Source: Camelus ferus
Taxonomy: Eukaryota
Assembly: GCF_009834535.1 (NCBI RefSeq)
Contig: NC_045696.1
Span: 16,618,001 to 16,682,000, forward strand
Length of the DNA stretch: 64,000 nt
Direction of reading: 5' to 3'
In this document: positions 1 through 12,314 of the stretch, in pieces
How positions within the stretch are numbered: the first letter of the stretch is position 1
How the letters are laid out: every line of letters begins with the position of its first letter
The notes under the pieces: model-generated
What the model was told of the DNA's origin: nothing
What the model saw: the letters and a program-made list of their open reading frames with translations, nothing else
The model's database searches: none
Position numbers and translations under genes: made by a program

Positions 1-653
1 TATGCTTAAAGCATAAACTTTAGTCTAAAATAATGCAAAGTAGAAAAATGACTCTAAGAGAATACTAAGGAGAAAGGGATTGGTGAGGCAGGAGATTGTT
101 TATAGTAATTTAAAAATTCTAGTTATGTATGTATTTCCTAAGGTACATGAAAAGATTCTGGTCACAAACTTTTAACTCAAGTTATTATTTAGATCTGATT
201 TTTGTCATTTCCTTTATCTAACTGTCAAGATGATCACACTGTTGATAACAAGGATTCAGTAAAATTAATATAATTATTTGTATTATATTAGTATAATTTT
301 TAGATTGATGAAGTAGACCAGAACCATTCTCTAAAATGTTTTAAAGTAGTGTAAATTAAATCTATTCAAACATTGTGCCATAAAATAATGAAAAACAGAG
401 TTGTTGAAGGGAAAGTACCAAGAGAGACAACATTCACAATTTGAAAGTGTTCTCTTCATACTGATAAGACACCGAAATATCTGTTAATACTCTTGTTATC
501 ATATAAGAAAACCAATTTTCCAGTATAAATCTTTTCAGATTTTCAAAGGTTTAGCTATTTATGCATGACACTGACCTCATTTCTGATGCCCACAGATGTA
601 TAAAATGTTAATAAACTCATGCATCAACTTTCTCCCTTTCTGGTTCAACTCTT

Positions 654-766
654 TTTTTTTTTTTTTGAGAGTTATGTTTTATTAAGCAGACATTTCTGAG
701 GACTTGAACCCCTTCGAGCCTGGGATGACAGCCTCCCAGATGGCTCTGAGGGACTGCTCCTCCTTC
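654..766 (-). mobile_element. Short polyadenylated retrocopy of an LTR-like (R-region) transcript end
   Basis: Poly(T) to 666; minus-strand AATAAA at 678-683; perfect 14-bp TSD CTGGTTCAACTCTT (640-653 / 767-780); L1-endonuclease-like TT|AAGA site. Confidence 0.75.
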
Positions 767-1814
767 CTGGTTCAACTCTTAAATTAAAAAAAATTAATTT
801 TGTTCAGATTAATTGCTGAAGGATCTCAGCATGAGTTTTGAGGCTTTGAAATGTTTTCCAATGTAATTTTATAAAAATAGGAAGTTCGGTTGTGAGTCTC
901 TTGATGTTTGGAATTAACATACAGGACAACATTTGACCCATCGTAGATAATCAGTAAGTGTTTGTGGAAGAATGAAATGGTCACATTGTCTATTCTAGAT
1001 GGATTGGTTAGCTTCGATTTGCTCCATGAAAACAGACTGCTTCCCTAAACTTATATACTATTTTGCAACTTTCTGCTAAAAGTTATAACTAAACTCAGCC
1101 TTCTTCAGTAATCTGGGTGTACCTGCACCAATCCAACACCAATTCCACAAAAATTGATGTAAAAATTGTCCAAGTCTTTTTCCTCCAGAAAAGTATATCA
1201 TGTGTTTGTTGGCATTTGAATTAAACAGTCATTCACACATAAAAATTAAACTTTGCCGAAGTTTGCAAAATTATAAGTGAAAATCAAACAATCTAATCTT
1301 ATTACCCCTGACTTATTGAATTGAGAACGTAGACAAGCTATGGTGCTGCTGACATTCCGGCCAAGGTTGAGTTCAGTCAATAGTCAATGCCATGAGCATT
1401 GCACATAGAGCGCTGGTTAGAGGGCCACACCCACCACCTACCCCACCTTACCTGAGTAGGCACAGGAGGCACCAGACATGTATGAGAGAAGAGGCTCACA
1501 CCTTGGAGAGGAGCAACGGGGCTCCCACTGTTCCCCTAATTTCTATGTAAAGATAAATTTTGTGATGCATAAAGCCTTAATATTGATACATATCCAAAGA
1601 ATTCTGGTAAACCACTTAAAATGTATATTTTCTAGATTATGAAAATGAACAACTTTTCCTGGAACATAAATTACCTGTTGTTTCAGGAAAGGGAAATAGT
1701 CAATTGTCCTTGAGATGCAGTGTTAGACCTTAACTGATGAGTCCGTGTCTTGTCTCCTAAGGAACGCTTCTAATCTTATTATAAATTATAGAATTTAAAG
1801 AGATTATAAATATC

Positions 1815-1950
1815 AGTCATTCACTTGTTCTTTAAATCATTCACCAAATATTGAGCATCTTAGTGGGTTTGCACTAGGGGTAGAGAAATCAAAAGGACAG
1901 AAATAGCCTGTTTTCATGGGATGAACATGAAAAAGTTCCTATACATAAAA
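1815..1950 (-). mobile_element. LINE-2 3' end fragment
   Basis: CATTCA...CAAATATTGAGCATCT pattern typical of the antisense L2 terminus. Confidence 0.5.
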
Positions 1951-2129
1951 AATTGTTACGAAGGAAAAGCTTAAGACTACCATTGGAAGTAAGAGTTGGA
2001 AGGAATAAATAAGAAAGACGGAAGTGCACAGCATGCTGCTTTTTCTCACGTCCTTTTAAAAGCTTTCTTGCACCTAGAACACCCACTTCAGGGGGACATC
2101 TCTGATCACAGCCCACTCCCCAGGCTGGG

Positions 2130-2340
2130 CTAAGGGCCCCATCTCTGTCCTTGTCTGTGTTCTACGTCTGTGTTCGTTCTCTCATTGTCTTCGCTATGTT
2201 ACTAGAAATGATCTCTTCACGTGTTTGTTTCTGACAGTGAACTGTACAATTCATGAGGGCAGAGACAGGTATTATTCATCTTTCAATCCCAATCACTAAC
2301 CATTTAACTGAGATAGTAGGTTGGTTAATTTGCTGAAGGT
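2130..2340 (+). mobile_element. LINE-2 3' end fragment
   Basis: ACTGTACAATTCATGAGGGCAGAGAC...TAGTAGG...TTTGCTGAA resembles the L2 3' terminus. Confidence 0.5.
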
Positions 2341-2539
2341 TAAGTTTTTGGGAGAAGGCAAGAAAAAAAGGAAAAGTTTCACTTTTGGGGGGCGGGGCAA
2401 GAAGACTGAATTCCACTCTTAGGTGGCCACTAAAAAATTTGTGCTAGGAACTGAAAAGAAGAACGTGACATGAATTGAGGTGGCCGCTGTGGGTGCTGAG
2501 CTGTGCAGAAGCTGTGGTACCCTGAAGCTCTTCTTTTTA

Positions 2540-2965
2540 ACCCAACTCTGATTTCAGCCATAACTTTGCTGGACATTCCCTGGGAATACATCCTTATCTG
2601 CTACGGGCAGCCGTGTCCTGTTTTCCTGAATTGGCTCAGAAAAGTGTAGACTTGGAAGTGCAGGGATTTCTGTCTCTGGGAGCAATCCTTAACCTAGGAT
2701 GATGAGAAGCTGTTGGAGAAATGCTTCAGCCTCTTGGCTTTCAGGAGATGATTCTGAGAGGCATTTGTCTCTCTTTGCAGAGGGCCTGGTAGACTCAAAC
2801 CCTCCTTTATGATAATGCAGCCTTGAATTCCCTTTTCTCTTTCTCTTCTCACTCTTTTGCTTTCTTGTTCCCATTTCCTGGGATCTCATCCCAAATAAAC
2901 TACCTGTATCCAAATCCAAGTCTCCATCTTTGGCGCTGCTATGAGGGAGACCCAAACCAAGGTGC
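2540..2965 (+). mobile_element. ERVL-class solo LTR (LTR16-like), degraded
   Basis: 3' end CTGGGATCTCATCCCAAATAAACTACCTGTATCCAAATCC...GGGAGACCCAAACCAAG resembles ERVL LTR termini; 5' boundary approximate. Confidence 0.55.
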
Positions 2966-4062
2966 CAGCCAAGTGACAGAATTCACTGTTCGGTACCATT
3001 AGTAACCCAGCGTGCTCAGTACTTTCCCACTCCAGGTTTCCATATAATACCCAATACGATGTCCCCATCAGCCTGCATGCACTTCCTTATTTATGGTTAG
3101 GTCCAGCCAAGCACATTTGGACTGGTGTTTTTTGTCTTAGAATATCTTTCTATTCCTACATAAGACTGATTCATTTTGGTATTTGTCTGCTCTGTTGACA
3201 GATGACCCTGGACAGGAAACACACAAACCCAAAGTAGTAGCCTAAGTTACAGGCTCACCCGGATCTACTTGGAAACGTTTATAATGCTGAGTGGCAGGAA
3301 CCCTAAGCTGCAAGATTTCAAGAATCCTCAGGAAGAAGATGTGTGAGCTCAGTATCCCCAAGACTTTCAGCCTTCTGGATTTCTGTCTTTCAAATACAAA
3401 TTCAATAGCTGAGACCCTCCTGCACAAATTCAATAAATGGTAGAGTCAGTCTAAGACCCTTTCTCTTATTTCCTCAGGTTGGGGAGCGAAGGAAAATGGG
3501 TACAAGATGCTCTTGGCTCTTCTATTGTCCCATCTGCCATGCCTCCCCATATACGTTTCCTATCTCACTTTCATTAGCTCTGCATCTGTCGTCTTGCTAT
3601 ACCTGTCTCCTGCCCAACCAGTTCATTCAAAGCCAACAACCATCACCTGTCCTCTATTCTTTCCTGTATCGCCAGCCTGGAGCTGCTATGGAGAACATAC
3701 GTGAAGTCTTGGTGATAGTGGCAAGGAATTAAATCACAAATCAGCAAACAACCTAAATTCACATCAATGAATCACTTGCCTCAAGTTCATTAGCCATTTC
3801 TGCTCTACAGGATTCTTATCTTTTTGTACATTTTTGAGGGGCTCTGAGCCTGCTACCATTTTTGTGGGTCTTCTCTCTCACACTAGAATCTTTTTTTCCC
3901 CTCTCTTTACTCCAACTCCCCAAATTCACCTCCCACTCATTTTAAGGAAAAAAAATTTAAAAAGTATGTTATTATTACACATGGAATTTACTGATAATTT
4001 GTTAAATGGAACAATTTAGCTTTTTTTTGGTCAACCTCCTCATTCCAGACTGCCCCATAGTC

Positions 4063-4529
4063 TTTTTTTTTAGTTGAAGTATAGTTGATTTATAATGTTG
4101 TGTTAGTCTCTTGTGTACAGCATAGTGATTCAGTTATACACACATATATATATTCTTTTTCATATTTTTTCATTATAGTTTACCACAAGATATTAAATAT
4201 AGTTCCCTGTGCTATACAGTAGGACATTGCTGTTTATCTATTTTATATATAGTAGTTAATATCTGCAAATCCCAAATTCCGAATTTATCCCTCCCCTTCT
4301 TCACCCCAGTAACCATAAGTTTGTTTCCTATGTCTGTGATGAGTCTGTTTCTATTTTGTAAACAAGTTCATTTGTGTCATTTTTTTTAGATCCCACATAT
4401 AAGTGACATCATATGGTATTTGTATTTCTTTTTCTGGCTTACTTCACTTAGCGTGATAATTTCCAGGTCCATCCATGTTGCTGCAAATGGCATTATATCA
4501 TTATTTTTAATGACTGAGTAGTATTCCTT

Positions 4530-4571
<42 letters not shown>

Positions 4572-5352
4572 ACACATATACACATACACCACACCTTCTT
4601 TATTTTATCCAGTCATCTGTCGATGACATTTAGGTTGCTTTTATGTCTTGGCTACTGTAAAAAGGGCTGCTATGACCACTGAGGTGCATGAATCTTGTCA
4701 AATTAAAGTTTTCTCCTGATATATGCCCTGGAGTGGGATTGCTGGGTCATATGGTAAATCTTTTTTTAGTTTTTTAAGGAATTTCCGTACTGTTTTTCAT
4801 AATGGCTGCACCAAATTACATTTCCACCAGCAGTGTAGGAGGGTTCCCTTTTCTCCACACCCTCTCCAGCATTTATCATTTGTGGACCTTTCAATGATGG
4901 CCATTCTGAATGGTGTGAGGTGATATCTCATTGTAGTTTTGATTTTCATTTCTCTGATAATTAGCAATATTGAACATCTTTTCATGTGCCTATTTGCCAA
5001 ATGTATGTCTTCTTTGAAGAAATGTCTGTTTAGGTCTTCTGCCCACTTTTCAATTGTTTTTTTGTTTGTTTGTTTTGTTATTGGGCTGTATGAGCTCTTT
5101 GTATATTCTGGAAATTAAGCCCTTGTCAGTCATGTTGTTTGCAAATATTTTCTCCCACTCTGTAGATTGCTTTTTCATTTTGTTTATAGTTTTCTTTGCT
5201 GTGCAAAAGCATAAAAGTTTAATTAGGTCTCACTTCTTTATTTTTGCTTTTATTTCTATTGCCTGGGAAGACCACCCTAGGAGAACATTGCTAAGATTTA
5301 TGTCAGAGAATGTTTTGCCTATGTTCTCTTCTAGGAGATTTATGGTGTCTTG
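4063..5352 (-). mobile_element. 5'-truncated LINE-1 (ORF2 C-terminus + 3'UTR + poly(A))
   Basis: ORF track gives ORF2 C-terminal peptides (MKRCS...TTMRYHLTP...[35 protein letters not shown]); poly(T) at 4063-4071. Confidence 0.95.
4530..4569. repeat. (TG)n microsatellite inside L1
   Basis: Direct reading. Confidence 0.95.
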
Positions 5353-5959
5353 CCAGACATTGTCTTTTAAAGTCCCAATAATTTATCCTCTCAACCAAAA
5401 TGCCAGTTTTCAATGAATATTGGTAGAAACTTTGAAAATCACAGCTTTTCTAGAACTGGTTAGAGATGAAATTCTTAGGTGGCCTCAAGTTCAAAGTATT
5501 ACTCGTGGCTTCCTGGCCAAGGGCTTTTGTGAAAGGAAGCAGGACGCAGCGGGCTGCTTTACTCATTCCCAGAATAGGAAATCCAAGGGTCAGATTTACC
5601 TCATCTGCCCCATGATCAAATACAGCTTCAACTGCTGAATTTGGGGTGTGCTCCCAGTGACAGCCCTACTCTAGTCTCTGGAAGATTTGCAGTTTCATGT
5701 CATGGGAAGGGACTGCAACTGAGAGTGAACCAGAAAATTTTTAGGGTCAGAAAAGGAGTTTTTGATTTACACAACTTTTACCAAAATATGTATCTTTGAA
5801 CTGGGCTTCGGATGCTGCATTGACTGCCCTCTTATGGTGCATCGTGAGGCCAATATTGTCTTCCTAAAATTCAGCAAGCCAGACTCTAGCTTCCAAGAGT
5901 AAGTGAAGTGGGAAAATCTGGGAATTGATGGTGCTAACTTAAAACAGTGTTATTCAAAT

Positions 5960-7650
5960 ATTCAGATTCTGTCTCTGAATATATTTCCAACCCCGTTCTC
6001 TTTCTCCTTCCTTTCTAAGACTCCAGTGACACGTAAGTTAGATATTTTATTAAGTTCCGAAGGTCCCTGAGTTTCTGTTCATTTTTGCCCTCAGTCTATC
6101 TGCTCTGTTTTCAGATTGGGAAATTTCTATTGTTCTATTTTCAAGTTAACTGTTCTTTATCTTTTCCATTCTGCTGTTGAGACCATCCGTTAACGTTTTA
6201 AAATTTTTGTTAGTATATTTTTCAATTCTAAAATTTCTGTTTGATTCTTCTTTACATTTTCTACATCTTTGCTGTGACTTTGTATTTTTTTCTTTTGTTT
6301 CAAGCATGTTCATAATTGCTTGTTGAAGCATTTTTATGATTCCCGTTTTAAGATCATTGTCAGATATTCCTAACCTCTGTGTCATCTTCCTGTGGATGCT
6401 TGTGGATTACCTTTTCTTATTCATGTTGAAGTTTCCCTGATTCCTGGCAGGATGAATGACTTTTGATGAAAACCTGGACATTTTTGGGTATTACATTATG
6501 AGACTCTGGGACGTATTTAAATTTTCTGTTTCAGCAGGTGTCTTCTGACTCCATTCTGGTGGTTGCATTGCCCTGTGACTCCCAGGTGGGATGGAAGTCC
6601 AAGTTCCCCATTGACACCTGTAGAGAAGTTGCTTCTCATCACTGCAGTGGGTGATGAGTGGGAGTTCAGAAGTTTTACTGTCTCTAATGATACTACTCTG
6701 GTTTGGAGGGACAGAAGGGCCTTGTTCCTTCTCCCTACCAGGCCTCCGTTAACACCATGGGGATGGGGGTGCCCTCCTTACCTACAGGTAGTGTTGAAAG
6801 TCCTGACTTTCCTCTAGGCCTCCTCTGACACCACCCAGTGGGGAGGGAGAGGGGCGGATGTGGAAGTACAGCTTCCACAATGACACCACGAGGGTGGGGA
6901 CTAACATATGAAAGTCCTTTCTCCCTTCGGGGTCTTCTCTGACACCACTCTGGTGGAAGGGTTGGGGTGCCTCATTCCTTGCCTTCCTCCCTGGCAAGTC
7001 TAGATACCCCACTTGGCCTTTACTGGTGGGAACAGTGTTTTGAGGGGTCAGGGCACAGTTATTTTTCCATGGTATTTAGCTGAAACAGAATGGTTACTTT
7101 CTAAACATTTTCTGGCCACTCTAATTCAGCATAGTTTTGGAAGTCCTAGCAATAGGAATCAGAGAAGAAAAGGAAATAAAAGGATTCAAAATTGGAAAGG
7201 AAGAAGGAAAAGTGTCACTGTTTGCAGATGACATGACACTATACATAGAAAATCCAAAAGATGCCATGACAAAAAAAGAAAAATTAAAAATAAGAAAAAA
7301 ACATTTTCTGTCTTGTTGGCATGCTCCTTCTGGATAATGGGAGCAGGCTTTACTTTGGGATTTTTTTTTTTTTTTTTTGTGCCCATTGGTGTTTCTGTGT
7401 TGCTAGCTTCTCCAGAAAGCAGTCTTGATAAACGAGGAAAGAACCCCCACCAAAACCCCAAACCCCAAACCTACAAAACTCACTACTGTATCCTTCCATG
7501 GACCCTGAGGCCCTTAGCCAGTTTTCTTTCTTTTCTCCACCATTATCTTCAATTTCTTATGTTTGTTTTATATGTAATGTCCCTCCGCTTTTCCCCCACT
7601 GTAGTTAGCAGGAGGAATAGGAAAATGTGTATCTACTTCATTTTTCCAAG
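5960..7650 (-). mobile_element. Old L1 (L1M-type) 5'UTR/ORF1 region
   Basis: ORF 6146-6385 resembles the ORF1 coiled coil (IIKMLQQ...DGLNSRME); degenerate tandem monomers (TCTGACACCAC...GGTGG) at 6540-7030 are typical of old L1 5'UTRs. Confidence 0.7.
7115..7298 (+). mobile_element. Internal L1 ORF2 reverse-transcriptase fragment with A-rich tail, nested in an older L1
   Basis: Encodes [39 protein letters not shown]; 12-bp TSD AAACATTTTCTG (7103-7114 / 7299-7310). Confidence 0.9.
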
Positions 7651-9078
7651 AGTAGATGCTCTCTGATGCCTTTAAAGATAGAGTGGCTTCAAGGCTTTGC
7701 TCAGCAATGACCTATCCAGCCAACCTTTGGGTTTTAGAGGCTCAGTGGCTCTCACCAGACTCTCACTATCTGGTTAGTTGCTTTAGCCTTAATACCAAAC
7801 CTCTGGCTGCAGGATAGGCATGACTTTCCCTGCCCAGGCTTCTACCGTATTCCCCACTCTGCCCTTGTATAATCATGTGTGCATCTTTTCATGTACTTCC
7901 TCTAGGTCCTTCCCCCTGTCTAGTCTCTTTCTGTACTCTGTTGAAAAATTGAATAAAAATTCTCCATAGCCTGGAGAATGAGTACCAAAAGGGATAAAAA
8001 TAATCTCAGTTATGCTATGACTTGACATGCTCTAATATCTGTGTAAGTCAAAGTGAAATTTATCATTTAGTGATTTCATTTTTAAATGGGTTTACTTGAA
8101 TTTTACCAAAAATACTATTTTCTCAAAATAAAGTTTTGATTCTTTTGTAAGAAAGTTGTTGTATGTGTACTGTGTTGCTGAGTAGTAGAGAAAGACTAAA
8201 TAATGTTGGGGATATTAGAATAAATGAAAGAAAACCTTAGTTTACAAACTCTCTGTCTTGTTAAAAAACTACTTGTACAACTATTTTAGATTCCAAATGC
8301 CCCAATATTCACCATTACTGTTTTTTCCTGGCATTGAGAGTTGAAAAGTCCAGAGAGGAAGAATGTGAAATAGAATGGCTACTAATGGAAAAACTGTGTT
8401 TAACCCCAGGCCCTAATATCAATGAAACTAATATTATGGCTTCATGAGTTTTTTTTTTCAAAAATAATTTCCCCTCTCTAGATGTTCTTTGACAAGCTAC
8501 TTCTTGCCATCTGCCATGTCTCAAGGGTTGTGTACTGACAGGAAATTTTGAGCATCTATAAAACTGTTTGTTGAATTTTTTAGTAATTAGATTAAAAACC
8601 AGCAATGAGCAATGATCATTTTCATGTTTGTTGAGCAATTGCTCCTGGTTGAACCACAAAGTTGGACTACAAAATTTTGAAGAAAGGGCAGTGTACAATA
8701 AGTTGTTTGCAAGGATAACACACCCAGAATTACTGAAAAACAAATCAATCAACCAACCAGCCAAACAAACATCAACTAAAAACAAATTGAACATGAAAAT
8801 AACACTAGAACAAGTCCAATATACCCAGAGGAAAAAAAAATTACAACAGTGTGTGTTAAACACAGTTCTTTTCTGAAGAGTTTATGTCCAGTGTTTCTCT
8901 TCCTGATGCAACTTCCCCCCTCTAAACTTGCGATGGCTTAAGGGGAAGAAGGATAATAGATAAGTTCTTACTTTTCCTTCACTTGTAAAGGAGACCTGAG
9001 CGCATGGGAAGATCTTTAGATTCATCTCCCGCACTATCTGTCCAGTGAAGAAATCCCTTCTCGAGGTCATGTCTGTTT

Positions 9079-9377
9079 AGAAGCAGACTTGCAGATGTAG
9101 TAAACATTCTTATGGTTACCAGGGGAAAGGGAGTGGGAAGGGATAAATTTGGGAGTTTGAGATTTGCAAATGTTAACCACCATATATAAAAACAGATAAA
9201 AAAAAACAAATTTCTTCTGTATAGCACAGGGAGCTATATTCAATATCTTGTAAAAACCTTTTATGAAAATGAATATATGCGTGTATATGCATGACTGGGA
9301 CATTATGTTGTACACCAGAAACTGACACATTGTAAGTGACTATATTCAATTAAAAAAAAAGTTAAATAAACATAAAA
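9079..9377 (+). mobile_element. L1 3'UTR fragment with poly(A)
   Basis: TATGGTTACCAGGGG...GGGATAAATTTGGGAGTTTGAGATT...CTGTATAGCACAGGG; same family as 4063-5352; degenerate TSD containing TCATGTCT. Confidence 0.9.
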
Positions 9378-9725
9378 GATCATGTCTTTTTAAACCAGAG
9401 GATGGGCAGAGAACTGCTGTTGCTTTGACGCATGCCATTTTCTGTTAGCTTCAATTGTTGGATAGTCTTTCCTCAGACTGAATGGAATTGTCCCTCTACA
9501 TTGTGATTTTGTTACAGGGAGCGCTTCTAGGTTCTCTTCCATAAGATGAGCTGTAAATGCCTTTTTTTTCTTCTAAACGTTAAATATTTCCAGGTTCTTC
9601 AAATAGCCCACTTTAACTAGCTCTTCTAGACATTTTACCAGTGTAATGACCCCCTTCTTTGAATGCTCCCCATGTTACAAAAACATCTACTAAAATGTGA
9701 TGGGAAAAGCATTTTAAGAAAATTT

Positions 9726-10130
9726 CAATTCAGTTCAATTCAGGGAATAGTTATCAAGCACGTAGGATGTGCCAGACACTATGTTGGGCCCTGGGGCTAA
9801 GTCAGTGAACACAACCATCTGTCCTCCTGAAGTTAGCAAAGGCAGATAGATATTCAATGAGTGATTACAGCTGGGATGAGTGTTATGGGAGAGGCTGTAA
9901 AATTGTTTAAAGCAAGGGGAATTTAATTAATCCTGAAGAATCATGGAAAGTGTCTACGATGAAGAGATGTTTAAGTGCAGACTTGAAGTATAAGAAGAAA
10001 TTAGCCAGGATAACAGACATCCAGGCAATGGAAATGATACATGGGGAAGACTTGGGGTTGAGAGATGTCCCAAAATCCAAGGGAAGAGAGTGTTTAAGAA
10101 GAGGATTCCAAATTCTCATATGAGTGGAGA
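9726..10130 (-). mobile_element. LINE-2 3' fragment
   Basis: TTATCAAGCAC...ATGTGCCAGACACTATGTTGGGCCCTGGG...GTGAAC antisense L2 pattern. Confidence 0.7.
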
Positions 10131-12277
10131 AGGTCCTGGGTGGTTGCCACCATGGGGAACTGAGTATTTCCTGAGTAGTTGTCCAGATATGTAAGAAGCT
10201 TAACTTTATTCTTCTACATATCTACTAAATTCTTAAAATCTTCTGTTCCCCAGGACATCGAACACTAAAATTGCCTCTTCCTTGGCTCATGTCTAAGTTC
10301 CAGGGAGATATATATAATTTCAAGGCTTTGTAGGACCCCTCTTGTCCTTGAGTCATCTGTCCACACAGATATTTTCTGATCAACCCAAAGTTCTGTTTGG
10401 TCTTTGCGCACTGATCCACAGTAAACTGTCGAGACAACCCTCAGTCTTGTCTACCCAGGGTTTCAGGTCCAGTGCGTCTCTCTGCTGCTTTCATGCCAGG
10501 CTTCAGAACTGGGGCATCCTCCTGTTGCTTCCATGCTATTCCCTGGTAAGGGAGTTTCCCTGGGACATGACTATGACTTCATTTGCCTTAATGCTCTATC
10601 CGTGGCTTTATCACGTCTGTGGGTTTATGATCTAAGAGGAGTGAATACCCACATTTGTTCTCTGTTTCCTAAACCACATCAGGGTCTTGCCTCCTTACTG
10701 ATGTTTCAGTGTGGAAAGCGGAGTAACTACCTTTCTCTAAACCACCACTCTTTGTCTTTTTTTTGCTCTCCCCCAGTTTAGTAGATTGTTTTTCCAACCT
10801 TCAGGGAAAATCTCTCTCTCTATAAATCTTGATGGCTTCCCCCAGAGTCATTTTTGCTCCTGAAATAACTCTTTTATGGGTTTAGGATTTTGGAAAATAT
10901 AAACCAAAGACTTATAGGAAGTTTCTGTTTTCCACCCCACCCTGTCACACCTACATCCTCAGGAAACAACTCAAATAGACTATTTGCCTGAATTGGGTGA
11001 GCAGGTGGGAAAGGAAAGTGGGAACTTTAGGGAAAAATCCATTTGTACTTCAACATCCTGTGATAATGACGACGCATTGCGTTGCTGTACAATTTGCTAC
11101 ATAAATCGTAAATTGATAAAGCTCCTCTATTGGTTATTTCAGTCTGACCAATCTTCTACAGCAGTGCATTTCAGCACATTTTTTTATTCATCTACATTCC
11201 TCACCTGCAGTGTTTGGAAAAAATATTTTGGACAAATTACTTTAGCTCAACTGATGAAAACTCAGATTAGTTGACAGAAATATTAGTGTCTGGCAATCAC
11301 AATTCTAAGATTAGATGGGTCTCATCCAGGCTTTCTTCTCTTGGAAGAGTCTTGAAAACTCAATATTGATTCTTGCCCAAGGTTTCTTGGTCACTTCCTA
11401 AGGGCATAAAATTAGTTTTGGCTGCTTTGTGCTAAGAAGTGTAGCTTATACTACTTTTACTTACTTAAAATTTTATTCAATAAAAAATCAATTAACAGGT
11501 TGGTAGATTTCCACTTTTGGTCAGTGCCTTCATGGAAATAAATTCCAGATCTGGGCTACACAGAATTGAAGATGTATCAGGATGAGCTTCTTTTGAAAGC
11601 AGATTTTCTAAGGAGTGTTATAGGGTTTGTAATTGCTTTTATTGCTTTTATTTCCCAAGAAGTGCCTCTTATAGATCTCCTTTCCACACTGAGCTTCAGA
11701 GAGTTTAGCATCGCCCAGAGACATCTGTAGGATTTGATGTTCTAGCATGAACATTTCCAGTGACCCAGCACAATGTGACACTGGCAAGGTGATGACTCAT
11801 GGTGTCGGTATTCGATATTGCTTTCCTAAGTGCCCAAACAAGCATTTAGTTCTAGGCTTTGGATGTAAACTTCCAATGTTACGTAGAGGACTTCATAGTT
11901 AAGGGTTGTACAAACCTTTGGGAGAGCTTCTAAAGAAGCTTGTGATCTATACTAGCTGCAAAGATGCAAGTCCGAGCACAGCTATAGGGTACTTGTCATC
12001 CTTGACAGCAGCAGAGACATCGTTAAAGCATCTGCTTTTCAAAGTGTGTGTGGTTATTCTTGAACAATTGATGTCTCTGGGCCATCTGGCATTTCATGGT
12101 TGGGCACCACACCAGCACCATGTGGTGAGGTGGCAGGGGCAGGAAACGGCGGTTTGTTTCCATTGTCTTTGCTAACAAAGACTCAGAAGTCAGTAACTGC
12201 CTGCTGGTCCTGAAAGTGTCCTCCAGTTGGAGAGTCCACACGTAGACAATGAAATAAAGAAAGGGTTGTGCAATGAA

Positions 12278-12314
12278 TGTGTGCGTGTGTGTGTGTGTGT
12301 GCGTGTGTGTGTGT
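12278..12314. repeat. (TG/CG)n microsatellite
   Basis: Direct reading. Confidence 0.9.

Noticed and set aside
6540..7030. CRISPR-like repeat-spacer array
   Set aside because: Units are highly degenerate, lie within an L1 5' region and have no cas genes; eukaryotic DNA
7137..7337. Novel stand-alone reverse transcriptase gene
   Set aside because: Only ~50 codons of L1 ORF2 around FADD; cannot encode an active RT
8315..8863. Longest ORF (182 aa, minus strand)
   Set aside because: No recognisable domain, composition reflects AT-rich DNA, no convincing splice or start context
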